The position numbers and the translations under genes are program-made. Shown here in pieces: positions 25,681 through 39,220 of a stretch of DNA of 64,000 nt (position 1 is the first letter of the stretch; each line of letters starts with the position of its first letter). The DNA is taken from contig CM059432.1 in assembly GCA_030390025.1 (NCBI GenBank), positions 62,746,001 through 62,810,000 on the forward strand. Direction: 5' to 3'. The notes below the pieces were generated by a model. The model was not told the DNA's origin. It searched no databases and saw nothing but the letters and a program-made list of their open reading frames with translations. Origin of the DNA: Squalus acanthias. Taxonomy: Eukaryota.

Positions 25681-28161
25681 GATACAAAAACCCCTGAAAC
25701 AAATTGCTTAATGTTGGTACTGTGATATGGTGTCAATTTTTTAAAATTTGAAATCTTGAGTGGGTGGGAGTTTTTTTTAAAAGAACGACCTTGAGCTCCT
25801 CGAACATCGTACCGTCTGAAGGGACGTCAGCCAAAACACACACAATAAATGAATAAAAGGGTTGAATTGGAATAAAAATCATCGCATTAACTATTGATTC
25901 CTTGCACAGATCCCAGTCATTTGGGAGTGCCTGGTTCATGTGAGCTCTATCTTGGGTTTGCTGAAGCGTGTTCCTGAGGTTTACGCTGCCGTCGTCACTA
26001 TTTGACAGTTGAGCCTGAGCGGACCAGCCACGGCTCCTCATTTGCACAGTAACTACTTTCTGACTAGTGTCAGACAAAAGTCACGCCTCATTCAATTTTA
26101 CCGCCTCAAAATATTGCTTTCTGGTTTTTTTTAAATGTGCACTGAGAATGAACCAAATGCCTGATATTTAACTCTACCGATGTCACCTTTTTTAAAAAAA
26201 TGATCGAAGTTGCCACTTGAATCACAGAAGGGAGAAAACGTTATGCTAAACTACATATCAATAGATGGGTCACTGAATTGGACTTCTATTCTTGGAGCAT
26301 GATTAAGAGCTCATGCTGATATTTGAATCAATTTTGAACTGGAGATCAAAAAGCATTCTTAAGAGAGTGTTTTCCAATATCTAATCTTTATTAGGCACTG
26401 ACCACTTTAGCGCACAACAGAAAATGAAAGATTGCTTCAGGTAACGTCTCTAGAACTCCAAGCTGCTACACACCGCTTTGTTGCTACTTGTGACATTCAA
26501 GTGCTTGCAAATTCTGGGCTTGCTTATAAAGAATACTTTCAGGGTATTCTGGGGTGATTCAGTCCAAAAGTGCTACTGAAGGAATAAAAGGAGCAACCTT
26601 TTTTTTCAGCAAATGCTGATGCATTGACAGGCCCTCAAAATACTGTCAGTCCACACAAAACACAGACGGTGGGCTTCTATGAACATGTTGTTGAAGGTTT
26701 CAGTGACTGTACACATTGCTTGCACTGAAGGAGTTAAATGGTGTGCATGCAGTTTGTTTTTCTAAGCCATACATAAAAAAGTAGCTTTGTAACGCAAAGA
26801 CCTTGAAGCCACTAATCCTACAAAGGAATACGGTCTCTGCAACCTTTGATACTTTTTTTTGCTGAATTACGTTTATCATTATCATAGAACAGAAATGAAA
26901 TGCCATCATTTGATCATCCTGTAATTTGAAGCTCTTGTCTTTAGCAAGTTATAAAAAAAAGCACACACAATAGCTGGAAAATGAGATCAAAATGGTTTTC
27001 CTCTAACAGTGGGTCAATGTGTTCTGTAAGCACTTCCATCCTGTGAAGTCCCTGGTTGGTCTCCACCTGCTAGGCCAGCACTAGAGGCACCAGTGACCCA
27101 GTCTCCCCCTCATTTTGCTGGCGCCAGAGCTGGATGGGTCTTGCACTTTGATTATTTGTGTTAACAGTTAATTTAACACGGTGGACACGCGTGCCAAAGC
27201 TGCCTGCACTTCCTAATGCATCCCAACAAATGTGACTTTTATAGGTTCCTCTGCATCGCCCTTCCCCCGCCCTAATCCTTTCCACATCTTACAGGAAAAA
27301 GCTATTTCTGGCTGCTGTGCCCCTAATGTTTGCTCTGCAAGGATTGAATTTAATGGAGATTTATGGACCCAGGGGCATGTAGCTCTTAAGAAATTTCATA
27401 AACTCAAGCAGTTATATTTAGAGATTACAGATGAAGTTCCTTTGTGCAGCCTGGAGGTTTTCTGACATTTTCTCATTAACTTTCTGCTTGTATGTTTAAT
27501 CTAAACATTTTACTGACACATGGCCCTGGGAACAGCACTAAGTCTCCTTTTTATGAGTGAAAAATGTTTAAATTAAGAGGTTAGGAACAGGCTGCCAATG
27601 ACAACAAGAGGAGCTTGGAAAATGTTTAGATTTGTCAACATCCAAATAGTCTAGATGGTGCTGAGAAAGCTAAACGAAAGCCACTCTGACACAGCCATGC
27701 CAGACCCACTTTCAAAAGGCATTAAAGAAGGAGTGCAACATCTGAAATCAGAGTGCACAGATTCCTAAGTGTTCTACACATATAAACAAAAGGCTTGTCC
27801 AGAGTCACAATGCACTGTTTATAATTGAGCATTAGACTAACTGGATTTTAAATTAAACAATTTGTTATCTTATTTGGTATTAATCTAATAAAGTGGAACT
27901 CAAATAACCTTTAGCATTCATTGGGTCTGCTGAACACGTGGGGAAAATTAGGAAATAACGACTCCCTATTTACATTGATTCGAACTGTGCTTAGGTTGTT
28001 TTTCTTTCTCTCTGCTTTTTGTCAGTTCGCTTTTGCAGGCTGACACTTGTCCTGCAGATGTGATGGTGGGACTTCATAGGTTGACAAATCTTCTGGGATC
28101 ACAGTCACTGGTGCACTCTGACCAGCGGGCAGTACAATTCAAAAAGCAGGAGACTGACAAA

Positions 28162-28855
28162 GGCCCATAATTTGCGGTCAGCGGCGAAGCAAAGGTGTTC
28201 ACCGCTGGCCCCGAAGTAAGCTTCCCACAAAGATCTCGCGATCTCTGTGGCGAGAAGTTCAGCTTTTCCGATATTCAGTTGAGATCAGTGTAAGTTAATT
28301 GGGGATTCCCGAGTGCGAGCTGTCTAAGTAGCCAATCACAATGCAGAATTCTCACAGACCGGGAACCAGGAAGTGAATAAGCTCCTTTTATTCTAACTTT
28401 TTAAAAATGTTATAGAGAGCAAAACAAAGATTGGAGCTCCCACATGGGGAAAAGGTAAACCTGAAATAAAGATGAACAAACGTTAAATTTTTTTTTAAGT
28501 ATCTTAAAAATTGCAACTTTTATTAAAATGGAGAAATTTGACACTCCACAAAATTAAAATGGGTTTTTCAGGACTATAACGTTTGTTTAGCAGTCAATAT
28601 GCTGTTAAAACCCCAGTTATACCTAACCCAAAAGGGTCTAACTTTTAATGGGGTATTTAACAGTGATATTACCGCGGAAAAGCTTTGGTCAATTTCCCTG
28701 ATTGCTGGCTCTGTGGGAGAGGTGGGCAGAGTGCAGCCTGTGTCGGAGCAGTGAATGACTGATCGCAACTTCAGGATTTTCGCTTTAGGATGCGCATGCG
28801 CTAAATCCTGAAGTTGTAGTCAATTTCAAAAGGGTAATAACAGCGACCGCAGGGA
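28162..28855. mobile_element. Truncated Harbinger-type non-autonomous element
   Basis: GGCCCATAATTTG start, GC-rich ends around an AT-rich core like the 760-bp MITEs, TGCGCATGCGC motif at 28791; right TIR not found. Confidence 0.45.
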
Positions 28856-29207
28856 GTGGGCCTAGGAGAAGAACTCCCTAAGCCAGTAACTCCTGAACAT
28901 GACCCTTGAAGGATTCAAGGGCCGTGAAATTCGGCCTGTTGGCGCCAGCTAATAAGGCCAGTTTGGATGAAAAAATGGTGGCTGTCTCGCTTCCGCCCAC
29001 TTCAGGCGTGGAATGCGGCGGCTGCCATTTTGGGCAGGTCAGCAGTGCTGCTGTTGCCTGTGCTCACTCCAGATATGGAAATTAGACAGATTGTGATGTC
29101 AATCAGCGTGCAATGCTGAATTGATGTACGATCTGGTATTTTGGACGTCGTTGCTCCTTTTAACGCCCTCTCCAAAGCACGCACAGCAGGCCCCTACCAA
29201 TACTTGG

Positions 29208-29518
29208 TAACACGGTGGCATAGTGGTTAGCACTGTTGCCTCACAGCGCCAGAGGACCCAGGTTCGAATCCGGCCACGGGTGACTGTCTGTGTGGAGTTT
29301 GCACATTCTCCCCGTGTCTGCGTGGGTTTCCTCTGGGTGCTCCGGTTTCCTCCCACAGTCCAAAGATGTGTGGGTTATGGTTGATTTGGCTATGATAAAT
29401 TGACCCTTAGTGTTAGGGGGGATTAAATACGTGGGGTTACGGGGATAGGGTGGGATATGTGTCGGTGCAGGCTCGATGGGCCGAAATGGCCTCTATCTGC
29501 ACTGTGGGGATTCTGTGA
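29208..29518 (+). mobile_element. V-SINE (HE1-like)
   Basis: Same A box, B box and V domain as 18618. Confidence 0.85.
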
Positions 29519-29647
29519 CTTCTTAAAGGGACACATGCAACTTTCAGGTAAGTTTCGATTTTTGCTTTTGGACTGGTTTCTTTACATTTTATTGGAGTAG
29601 TGGCTAGGTGTAATACAATTCAAAACTTGTTAAAGGGTGCAGGGAGT

Positions 29648-29875
29648 CCCTTTTGTCATTTAATCTCTCTTGCATTCTACCCTATCACAGACCTCCCCTT
29701 TTGTTCTTTCCTCCCCTCCCCACTTTCCCTGCCTCTGCACTTGCTTAAAATCTGTTACATCTCTAACATTTTCCAGTTCTGACGAAGGGTCACGACCTGA
29801 AACGTGAACCCTGTTTCTCTCTCCAGAGATGCTGCCTGACCTGCTGAGTATTTCCAGCATTTTCTGTTTTTATTC
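29648..29875 (+). mobile_element. Penelope-like element 3' repeat fragment with hammerhead-like motif
   Basis: Reverse-complement match to 32025-32205; CTGACGA..GAAAC core at 29779-29803. Confidence 0.75.
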
Positions 29876-30171
29876 CTGACTATGATATTAGGACCCCGAT
29901 TCGCATGGGTAAGAGGCCATGTTTAGGTGGGCACTGTGGCTGCCCAAGCATAGGTCCCTTTCAAAATGGCAGAGCAAGGACGTTAACGGAGCGGTAAGCC
30001 CACCAACCCCATTTTGAGGCCCTTAAATTCCCGTTAACTCTGAGTTTAGTGAGTTAAAATCGACCCGTTTGCTGCTGTTCTTTTGTCGCCTTTCAAACTA
30101 ACATCACTCGTAGTATTTATTAGTTTTGATGCTGGAAAAAAGGAGCACCACTAGCAAACAATTTCAGTATT

Positions 30172-30385
30172 TAAAATGACAAATTGCTGGAAATACACAG
30201 CAGGTCTGTCATCATCTGTAAAGAGAAATGACAGGTTAATGTTTTGTATCTTCAGTTCTGATGATGTGTACATACCTGAAATATTAGCGTGTCTTTTCTC
30301 AGCAGATTGCAATGGAACTTTAGTGTATTTTTAGCAATTTTCTGTTTCTAGTTTAGATTTCCAGCATTTTCAGTTTTTTCTTTTC
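30172..30385. mobile_element. Old Penelope-end inverted repeat
   Basis: AAATTGCTGGAAATACAC.. / ..GTGTATTTTTAGCAATTT arms around a degenerate CTGATGA..GAAA. Confidence 0.55.
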
Positions 30386-32014
30386 ATTTGAATATGTAAA
30401 GTGTGAACTTGCTGATACAGTAAAAAATGCCACAGAGCATTTAGCTCATACCATCTGCCGAAGGATTCATTTCATCAGAATAAATCTTAAAAAGGTCACA
30501 CTGTACAATTATTGACTGTCTTGAGAAATTCTGGTGACATTTTGGCATTTCAAAGATGTTCATTATTGGTTTTATTTGGTAAGCGTTTGGTAAAGAATTC
30601 TGGAATTACATGTCCTCATTCCATTATACACTCTGGATTCTGTTTCTGTACAGTGTTCAGAGACTGGTTCACAGGGAATCAAAAAATACTATTTATATTC
30701 CCACGAGTGAGGATGACCCTATAATTCATTGAATGACAATGTCATAAGGTCATTCTCACAAGTATTCTTCATTTCTCGCAGTGCTTTCTCTCCATAACAC
30801 ATCAGAAAAAAATGCATATTGTAATAATAAATGTTCAGGGTTTCAAAAGTGTGTGGGAATAAGGAAACACATTGACTGTTAATCTGCTGTATCATATCAC
30901 GACGAAACCACAGTGACATCAGAGTGAGATTCTTTTTTAACTTCTTTCTGAAAGAAATTATATTTCATGGGTGATATACATCATCGCGTGTGATACAAAA
31001 TGGTAATTCATGTTTTTCTGTCCATGCATGACATTCTGTGAGTTGCTCCAATGTGTCCAGTAGATTGTACACACTGCAGCCACGGTACGCCGGTGGTGGA
31101 GGGGTAAGTGTATGGAGAGCATGTTCTCATTTTCAGTCTCTAGGTAAAGTCATCAGTGGTCATTGTACCAAATTTCAGAGTCGTTTCAGCTATACAACGA
31201 ACTTCAGCAATGATTTTTAAGACTGACACAGAACAGCCACTTTGATTTTCTCAACATCCAAATCCAGGCTTACTTTTTAACTAACTGCTTAATCCAGCTC
31301 CCTTTGTGAGGAGCTTTAGCAAAGAGAGGTGCCTGCCCTGACACCAGCTTGCACTCAAGAGTATTCCGCAACCAGCCAGGATACGTTGGCCTCCTCACCT
31401 CACCCACTTTTGTCATCGACCCACCTCACAGCTTAGTCCTGGACTTCACATAGAAGGGTAAATTCAGCAAAATTTCACTTTTGGCACAGGGCCTCACACT
31501 CAGTGACAGCACGGATCACAGAATCGAGCATGGAGTTCCGTGCACCTGATTTGTGGCTTTCCTGATTTTCTGGCCAGTAATTTTAATGACTGAAAAATTG
31601 GGGGCACTGAGAATCATATGCACTGACCTCCACCACCCACTTCTCTGCATTGCTGTTGAACAAGTCTGCACACTCAGTGTGTAACCTCTTTGAAATTGCA
31701 CTGTCTTTCTATGAGAAATGGACATACAGTAGAAAACTACACCTCATTTGTCACTAAACCCACATTCTGAAGGGATTTCCAGTGTGAGTAGTGAAACATT
31801 CAGAACTGTGCATTGTTGGGGCTGAATAAAGGTAGCTTGACTCTGCCAATGGCTGCACTGAACCTGACCCGGGAGTGCTTGATGATGCTGGGTGACAAAA
31901 AATCCCCAATACTACAATTACCTCACCTTACTGAGCACAAAATGAATCCATTTAAAAAAAAATTAAAAAACATATATTACAATTGGAGGCTGCTGCATGA
32001 TGTCCGTTTTACTG

Positions 32015-32480
32015 ATGTAACAACAGAAAACGCTGGAAAAACTCAGCAGGCCAGGCAACATCCGTGGAGAGAGAAACAGAGTTAACGTTTCAGGTCGAAG
32101 ACCCTTCGTCAGAACTGAGAAAAAAGCTGGAAATGAAACAGATAAAAAAGCAAGTGGGAGGCTGGGGGGAGGAATAAAAGAACAAAAGGGGAGGTCTGTG
32201 ATAAGTAGAGACATTAAGAGATACTCAAGGCAAGACGAGATGGTAATAGGACAGGTTAAGAAACAAAAGATGGCTCAGAAGTGTGAAGTGTGAAATGCTG
32301 GCAGAATGAGAGACAGCTGCCGTGGGGGAGAGAGAGAAAAAAAAGGGAAAAGGCACAAACCAAAAGGGTGGATAAAATATATATATATATATATATATAT
32401 ATGGTAGGGGCCGAGGTTATGATCTGAAATTGTTGAACTCGATATTGAGTCCGGAAGGCTGTAAAGTGCTTAATTTTACT
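32015..32480 (-). mobile_element. Penelope-like element 3' end (GIY-YIG C-terminus + 3' repeat)
   Basis: STLQPSGLNIEFNNFRS* resembles the TLxPxGLN terminus of Penelope ORFs; downstream hammerhead motif; internal (AT)n at ~32377-32402. Confidence 0.85.
32078..32117 (-). ncRNA. Minimal type I hammerhead ribozyme motif
   Basis: RNA CAGUU-CUGACGA-AGGGUC UUC GACCU-GAA-ACGU-U-AACUC: full catalytic core, stem II, palindromic ACGU in place of stem III, GUU site, AGUU/AACU stem I. Confidence 0.65.
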
Positions 32481-35400
32481 GATCTTTGGCTGAAGATAGA
32501 ATAGTCAAAAATTCCGGGACTCCCTCGGACGGGGTTAGCTTCTTTACATATTCTGGCAGGGCCGGTAAGGGTACAACTTGTGTACCTGCTGCAGTGGGAG
32601 GAGAGAGATGCAGCATTGGCAAGTCGCTCGCGGTGGGGGCGCTGTGCACCTGGCTCCACCTAATCTTAAATTGTTGACAATCAGCTCCCTTTATAGAGGA
32701 CCAATTTGCCTGTTACTTCTTGGAGACCCCTGAGGCCAGGAGTCCCAGGCCCGGACACCACAGTGGGCTTCACTTGGGCCCCTCCATGAATCTGGACACC
32801 TGTATCTTTCTGGTATACAAAATGCTGGGCACACTGAAGGTGGGAGCTGCAGGAATGCTGGTGGGAAAGGCCGTCCTCCTGGACCCACCTCCTTCTGACA
32901 TCCTGGACTTTCTATGGGATGGATGGAAGTTCTGCCCATTCCAGGGCCCAGCACGAACTCCCCTCAGCTGTTCTTCTAGGTGAAAACCCAGTATAACCAG
33001 GCCCCACCAGATTTCCCCCTCACCTGATACTCTTGCAGTCATTTTATGCTGTTAGTCCAACTCAGGACCAGAGGAGATTTGAGGCCAGGGAATTTTTTCC
33101 CTTTGTTCTTCTCCCTAATGTACGATCCCTGAGTTGGTGATCTGCTCCCAGATGTGACTAGTGAGTGGGCTTTGATGATAGGCCACCTTTTCTGCAGTTG
33201 GCAAGTAGAAAGTTAAGGCACTGTTGACAAAAGCACTAGAATATATTCTACACTACATTTGTAGGTCCCAGAGGAGGTCAGAGAGGTGGCGGGACATTTG
33301 AAAAATAAAAATGTGGAAATAAGCAAAACTTCAAGGTGGTAATTCTGAAGGTCTATCTGATTACTCTATTACTCCCCTTTGGTGATAACTGTATTAACAC
33401 CAAGAAGAGAATTGTTTTACCTTGCATTGATTATTTCTGACAGATTACTGTCACTCCAGCACTTAGTACCAACAGGAAAATTGAAGCCAGCATCCTTTGT
33501 TACTGGCAACATAACAATTTTGCACACAGGTGCCAGCTCTTGGCACACAGGCACTATAGGATGTCTCCCTCTAGACAAACAGTCTTTTGAATGACTTCGT
33601 CCTTCTGGTGAGAGGAAGCAGCCTGGTGCCTGTGAGAATAATTATTTTGTCATGTCAGTGCATTACTTGCCTTAACATTTGCCTGAGAGTTATATAATTT
33701 GTACTGTGTCAGTATATATAATTTCTTTAGGTTCAAATACCTCGGTTTTAACTGAAACTTCCTCATAGTGTGGAACAGATTAAAAAAAAATACTTGCATA
33801 AGGCCATGAAATATAAATGCTAATAAATAATCCAAATGCTGCGTTTGCTGCTGAATGAGTAAAGATTAAGGTGATTTTATATGCCTTGAATTTACTATTG
33901 CCAGCGTTTCTGTTTCTCAAGTTACATCATCAGCAACAGATCAGCCACTTGTGAGTTTATGTTAAATAAACTTCTAAAAAGTGAAAACACTGGAAGCTTT
34001 TGTTGCCTGGAAGATGGAATGGCAAACATTTTTTCTTGTTTAAAGATTTTTGTATCTGCACTCTGTGTTTCAGCAATAGAAAGGAGCAAACACACAGGCA
34101 TAGCAGGAAAATAACATGGTACTGCCAGTCCACTCCTGTCCTGCTCTCCTGGAATGATCCCCTGCTCTCATCAAGCAGTTTGAACACTTCTCACCTCAAT
34201 TGGGCTCTCCGACTTTATTAAAATTGCTGAAAATAACTTTGCAGAACTTATTAATTTTGCAACACTGCAGAGATACGTTGGCACATTTTTCTTGCCACTT
34301 TTCTTCTCTCCTCTTCTGAAGGCACTGACCATTGCTGGAGTATGGCTCAATGGATGCCTACGGCATTCTGGTAACCTACATAAACTGTTCAACTATGGAA
34401 GACCAAGCCCGATCCCATCCTTAGGAACAGGAATAGGCCATTTAGCTCCTCGAGCCTGTTCCACCATTCAATGAGATCATGGCTGATCTGTGACCTAACT
34501 CCATATACCCACCTTTGTCCCATATTCCATAATACAAAGCCCACTCCCACCCTTACCCAACATTCACACATACATTTTCCAGGAAAGTTTGCTAGCTCAT
34601 GATCAGGAATGGAAATCCTGGCTGATGATTCTTCCCTCTCCCTAGTCCAGGGCAGGTGTAATGTCCCAGCTCGTGATTTGACGAAGGCCAGCTAACTCAG
34701 CACAGATCTGAGATTGATACTGGACTCTTCTGGTATGTGGCTTAGGATGTGTGTATGTTTTTTAAATGTTCCCACTTTTTTTCCAACAATTTAAATAAGA
34801 ATGGACAGGACCAGGGGGTAAAACCCAGATGAGCTGGTGGCAGCCATGTTTTTTGCTATTGTGTATTCAGCAGTTTGGAGTTTGCCAGTGGCTGAACTGT
34901 TAGAAGCTCATCATCTGGACTATTCAGGAGAGATTCAACCCACTCAAAGGCCACGAATTTAATAGCACTGAGGGGGCGGGTTTAGAGGCAGGTCTGTTGC
35001 GAAAATCGTAGAAATTGGGGGCGGGCTACGAACACGCCTCCATCCCGCCTCCATGCGACTTTGGGAAGTGTCGGGTCAGCCGCTCCCGAACTGACCCAAC
35101 ACCAAACGGCGGGACAGGTTGTTAAGGCAGTTAGCAGGTCGTTAACTGCCTGGATAATCCTATTTTAAAGGGCTGATCTGATTTTGGAGGTTTTTCAACA
35201 TGCTGCCCACCTTCATAAAAACACGCCAGGTGAATCGAGCTGGGTTGAGCGAGGACCTGAATTGTTGCCAGCTGCTCGAGCAGCTTAAAAGCAGTCCTGC
35301 AATCTCTCATTCTTTCACATGTCACAACTTAGAGTTTGAGGTTTGGGAGACATTTTGCAGCTGAACTAATCTTGTGAGTGTTGAGTCTGAAATCCATCTG

Positions 35401-35487
35401 CTGTGTGACATCCTTGGAATACTCTCTGGCCACTTTGTCTGAGCGCAAACAACCTCCATTCCTTGACTGAGATGTATACCCGCGGTA

Positions 35488-36724
35488 TGGGAACCATTTA
35501 TATCCTCTCATCCTGGTCGTCAGATTTGGAGGAAGAGCAGCCGCGACAGCAGCGCAACCAGGCACAACAGCAGCACCAACAGCAGGAGCGCCAACCTTCT
35601 CCTCAGCCACCTGATGCTGCACAGGGCAGAGGGCATCAGCGCAGGCCTGCACCGTGCCACTGGATACCCCCAACACTGGCTTTACAGGCAGAGGATGAGC
35701 TTCTTCAACATGAGTGAGCAGCAGTGCCAAAGGAGGCTGAGACTTCCGCGAGACGTAGTCGCTGACATCTGCACAATGCTGCACCAACACCTGGAGCCCA
35801 GAGGAGTGTCTGGACACTCCTTACCAGTGGCTGTCAAAGTCACCACCGCACTCAACTTCTTTGCTTCGGGCTCCTTCTGCAGACATCAGCGGCATTTCTC
35901 AGTCGGCCGCACACACCTGCATCATGCAGGCTACCGATGCCCTCTTTGCAAAGGCGCACAATTACATCCACTTCTCCACGGATGAAGCAAGTGTCACCGC
36001 GCGTGTGGTTGGTTTTGCAAATGTGACAGGCTTCCCAAGGGTGCAGGGCGTCATAGACTGCACACATGTGGCCATTACGGCACCCCATCACAACCCAGCT
36101 GTTTTTGTCAACCCAAAGGACTTCCACTCCCTTCAGGTCCAGCTGGTGTGTAACCACAGGAACATCATCATGCATGTTTGCGCAAAGTACCCTGGCAGTT
36201 GCCATGACTCCTTCATTCTGCGCCAGTCTACTGTGCCTCAGCTCTTCAATCTGCCAACCCAACTTTCCAGATGGCTACTTGGCGACAAGGGCTATCCCCT
36301 GAAAAAGTGGCTCATGACACCGATGAGGAGGTCATCAAACGAAGCTGAGGAGCGGTACAATGTGAGCCACATTTCCACCAGAAGCATCATAGAGCAAACC
36401 ATCGGCTTTCTCAAAATGCGATTCCGATGCCTCGACAGATCTGGTGGAGCCCTGCAGTATGCACCAGCCACGGTGTCCAGAATCATTGTCGTCTGCTGTG
36501 TCCTGCACAACATCGCACAGCAGCGTGGCTTAGCGCTGCCTGAGGAACAAGTGGCTCAGCGCAGAGCATCCTCGGAAGAAGAAGAGGAGGACGAGGATGA
36601 GGTGGAGGAGGACGAGGAGGAGGAGGCACACTTTGCGGGGCTGGATGTGACCAATGCAGCAGCCCTCGAGCTCATTGCTGGCCGTCACGCAAGGGATGCA
36701 GTCATCCATGCCAGATTCGCGTAA
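35488..36724 (+). pseudogene. Harbinger DDE transposase (HARBI1 family), frameshifted 5' half
   Basis: [65 protein letters not shown]; frame changes near 35510-35690 and 35875. Confidence 0.93.
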
Positions 36725-37024
36725 TCTTACTCTTCAACCATAGGTGGCGAGCATATGGCTATGAATATGTAGACGACCTTCCTAAAATGCCATACATCAT
36801 CTCTCCAATAAACGGTTCTTTCCTATCACTTTCACCATCATCATTACAAATGCAAGTTGCCCTCAGCCCTCATTGTGCAACTTCCATTTCCCAGAACACA
36901 TAGGCCAGAACTTCAACTGTTTGCCATCACTTTTGTTTAATACATTCACAAAAGGATGACAATGGCAAAGATTAAACAGAACAAAAGACAACCGAACAAA
37001 ACACCCAAGCGACTACCCTTGTGA

Positions 37025-38901
37025 CTATATGTGCTTTATCTTCCTCTTATGCATGCTTCTACGTGGTGCTTCCCCTGTGGCTTCAGCAGACGTAGAGGCT
37101 CCTTGCTCACATGGATGCTGTGCCTGCTTTGATGCCTTTGGCGGGTGTTCTCTGGATTTCGGAGCCTGGGAGGGCTTTGCAACGGTCTGCTCTTTCTGCG
37201 GCTGTGTAGGGGCTGAAACAGCCATCTCAGTTGGGGGTAGAATGTGGGTCTCCGCAGTGGCATGGTAGTGTGAGCACTTGGAGCCCACATTTCCTTGTTG
37301 CCTGCCACCAACATCCCTCTCATGGGTCAGCTGCACTTCAGTGCTCGCAAGTGGCTGGAGAGCACCTTGCTGCACATCGGGGGGCCATGAGGACCCGTCT
37401 CTGTAATGACAGTCCTCATAACAAGGACGTCCATGAAGCTCTGGTGTCTCTCCTCAATAGATGCCCATTTCTCTCCACAGCAGACAATCTATTTTGAAGA
37501 GTCACTATGTTTTCGTGAGTCTGGCGACTTATGTCCTCCAAGGCGGTTGCCACCCTCTCCATGGCGGCACGTTCATGCGCCATTGCCTCCACCAAGGCAG
37601 TGCTCATGTTAGAGATGGACTCCTCCATTCTCTGCACACTCGCAGTTACCCTGGATACAAACCCTGTCAGAGACTCCTGCACTTGTTCCTGGAGTTCCAG
37701 CACCGCTCTCTTTCTGGATGGTCCCAGAGGCACAGCGTCTGCATACAGCTGAGCAGAACTAGGAGAATCCTGCAACCTCCGACAAGGACTCTCCACTGCT
37801 GTCGCTGTCTCCACCATCTGCTGATGCTCACTTGTGAGCTGTGATACACCAGGTGATAACACTACTCTATGTCGCGAAGGCCCCGCTGAGGTGTGCGTCT
37901 CTGCGCTGGTGCTGGGTGCGCTGAGTCCTGGTGACGCTGCTCCCTCAGAGGCGGCAGGTTCCTCTGAGGAGTCGTCCGGCTCTTCCTCCTGGACAGTGGG
38001 GAGGGGGGCTCTCGATGGTCCTGTGGGAGAGTAAAGGCATGAGTTAGACATCTGATTTTTAGATAGCAGACACATCCTTTTCTACAGATGATACAAAGTG
38101 AATCTCTATGAACATCATATGCCATTGCAGTAAATCATGAAATCTAAATGAGAGGGTTGAAAATCTATTCTGTCACCAGCTTCGTCTAGTGCACCCGTCT
38201 CTCCGTCCCCCACTTCCAGCTCCTCGCCACCTCCAAAGATCTCGTGCGCAGCCTTCTCTGCACTTGTCAATGTAGCGAGGGATGGTGTGCCTCCTCCTGT
38301 CTTTGCTACTCCCTCTTATTGTGGGCTATCTTTTCCTGCAAGGAGGGACACAAGTGGAGTTTCAGCGAGAGTGATGGAGTGACTGTGAAGAATCCATAAC
38401 ATAGAAGGTTAGAGGGAGATGAAGATGGAGTGAGGTGCCAGGAGGAAGCTGCCTCCCTGTGCGTTGTTAGTTGTTGTCATTGCATAACGGTGAGAGCGAG
38501 TGTGAGGGCTGCAGAGTAGGATGGTGAAGTGATTCAGTACAGAGAGAGAGATGGATAGGTAAGGGTGCAAGGGAAGAAAGGGTAAGGTGGGATGTGGAGG
38601 AGCAGGCTTACAAAGCAGAGTGCTGGTGATGAGAAGAGAAGGGAAGCAGATTGAAGGTAAGTGTGATGTGATACTCACTTTTGCTGATTGCAGAAGATCA
38701 TTAAACCGTTTCTGGCACTGGATCCAGGTGCATGAACACAAGGACCTTGCGCTGACCTCCTCAGCAATGCGCAGCCAGGCTGCCTTGGTTTGCGGAGGAG
38801 GCTTCCTGCGGCCATCGGCAGGGAACAGAATCTCCCTCCACAAGAGCTTGGAGGGAGTCCTCATTGAAGTGTGGAGCAGCCTTCGGTTTGGAAGCACTCA
38901 T
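37025..38901 (-). pseudogene. Harbinger Myb/SANT-like DNA-binding gene, 3 exons (38901-38679, 38335-~38177, 38020-37025), frameshifted
   Basis: PHFNEDSLQALVE..AWLRIAEEVS..WIQCQKRFNDL; exon 2 EKIAHNKRE..TGGG; GT-AG introns; coiled-coil-like exon 3. Confidence 0.85.
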
Positions 38902-39220
38902 TGTGGCCTTGCCACATTCAGACACCAGCAGAAACAAGAAATGAAAGGCTGAGGCTGCATGGGCCCCTTAAAAACATCTGCACTAATTACGTCATCAGAG
39001 GCGACTAACAGACCCGATCCCAGTCATTGGACCAGCCAGCGCGCCCCACTGCACTTAAGGGCCCAATTAAATTAAAATTTCAACTCAGGAGTGGCTGCAG
39101 CCGGCAGCAGGCCCGGACCCCGCCCACCAGGCAACCCGACTCCAAGCCGCCTCCTCAATTAAATTCGTGGCCAAAAAGTGGGGTTCACTTTTTCTGAATG
39201 GACTAAATTTGATGTATATA

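Larger units (their letters stand above)
28919..30065. mobile_element. Degenerate Harbinger-type element hosting a SINE and a Penelope fragment
   Basis: GGCCGTGAAATTCGG start and AAAATCGACCC end; boundaries approximate. Confidence 0.4.
34949..39172. mobile_element. PIF/Harbinger DNA transposon, full length, 4224 bp
   Basis: Perfect 15-bp TIR GGCCACGAATTTAAT, TSD AAA, convergent transposase and Myb/SANT genes. Confidence 0.95.

Noticed and set aside
35861..36724. Domesticated host gene HARBI1
   Set aside because: It sits inside TIRs and a TSD with a partner Myb gene, has no introns and is frameshifted, so it is a transposon copy.
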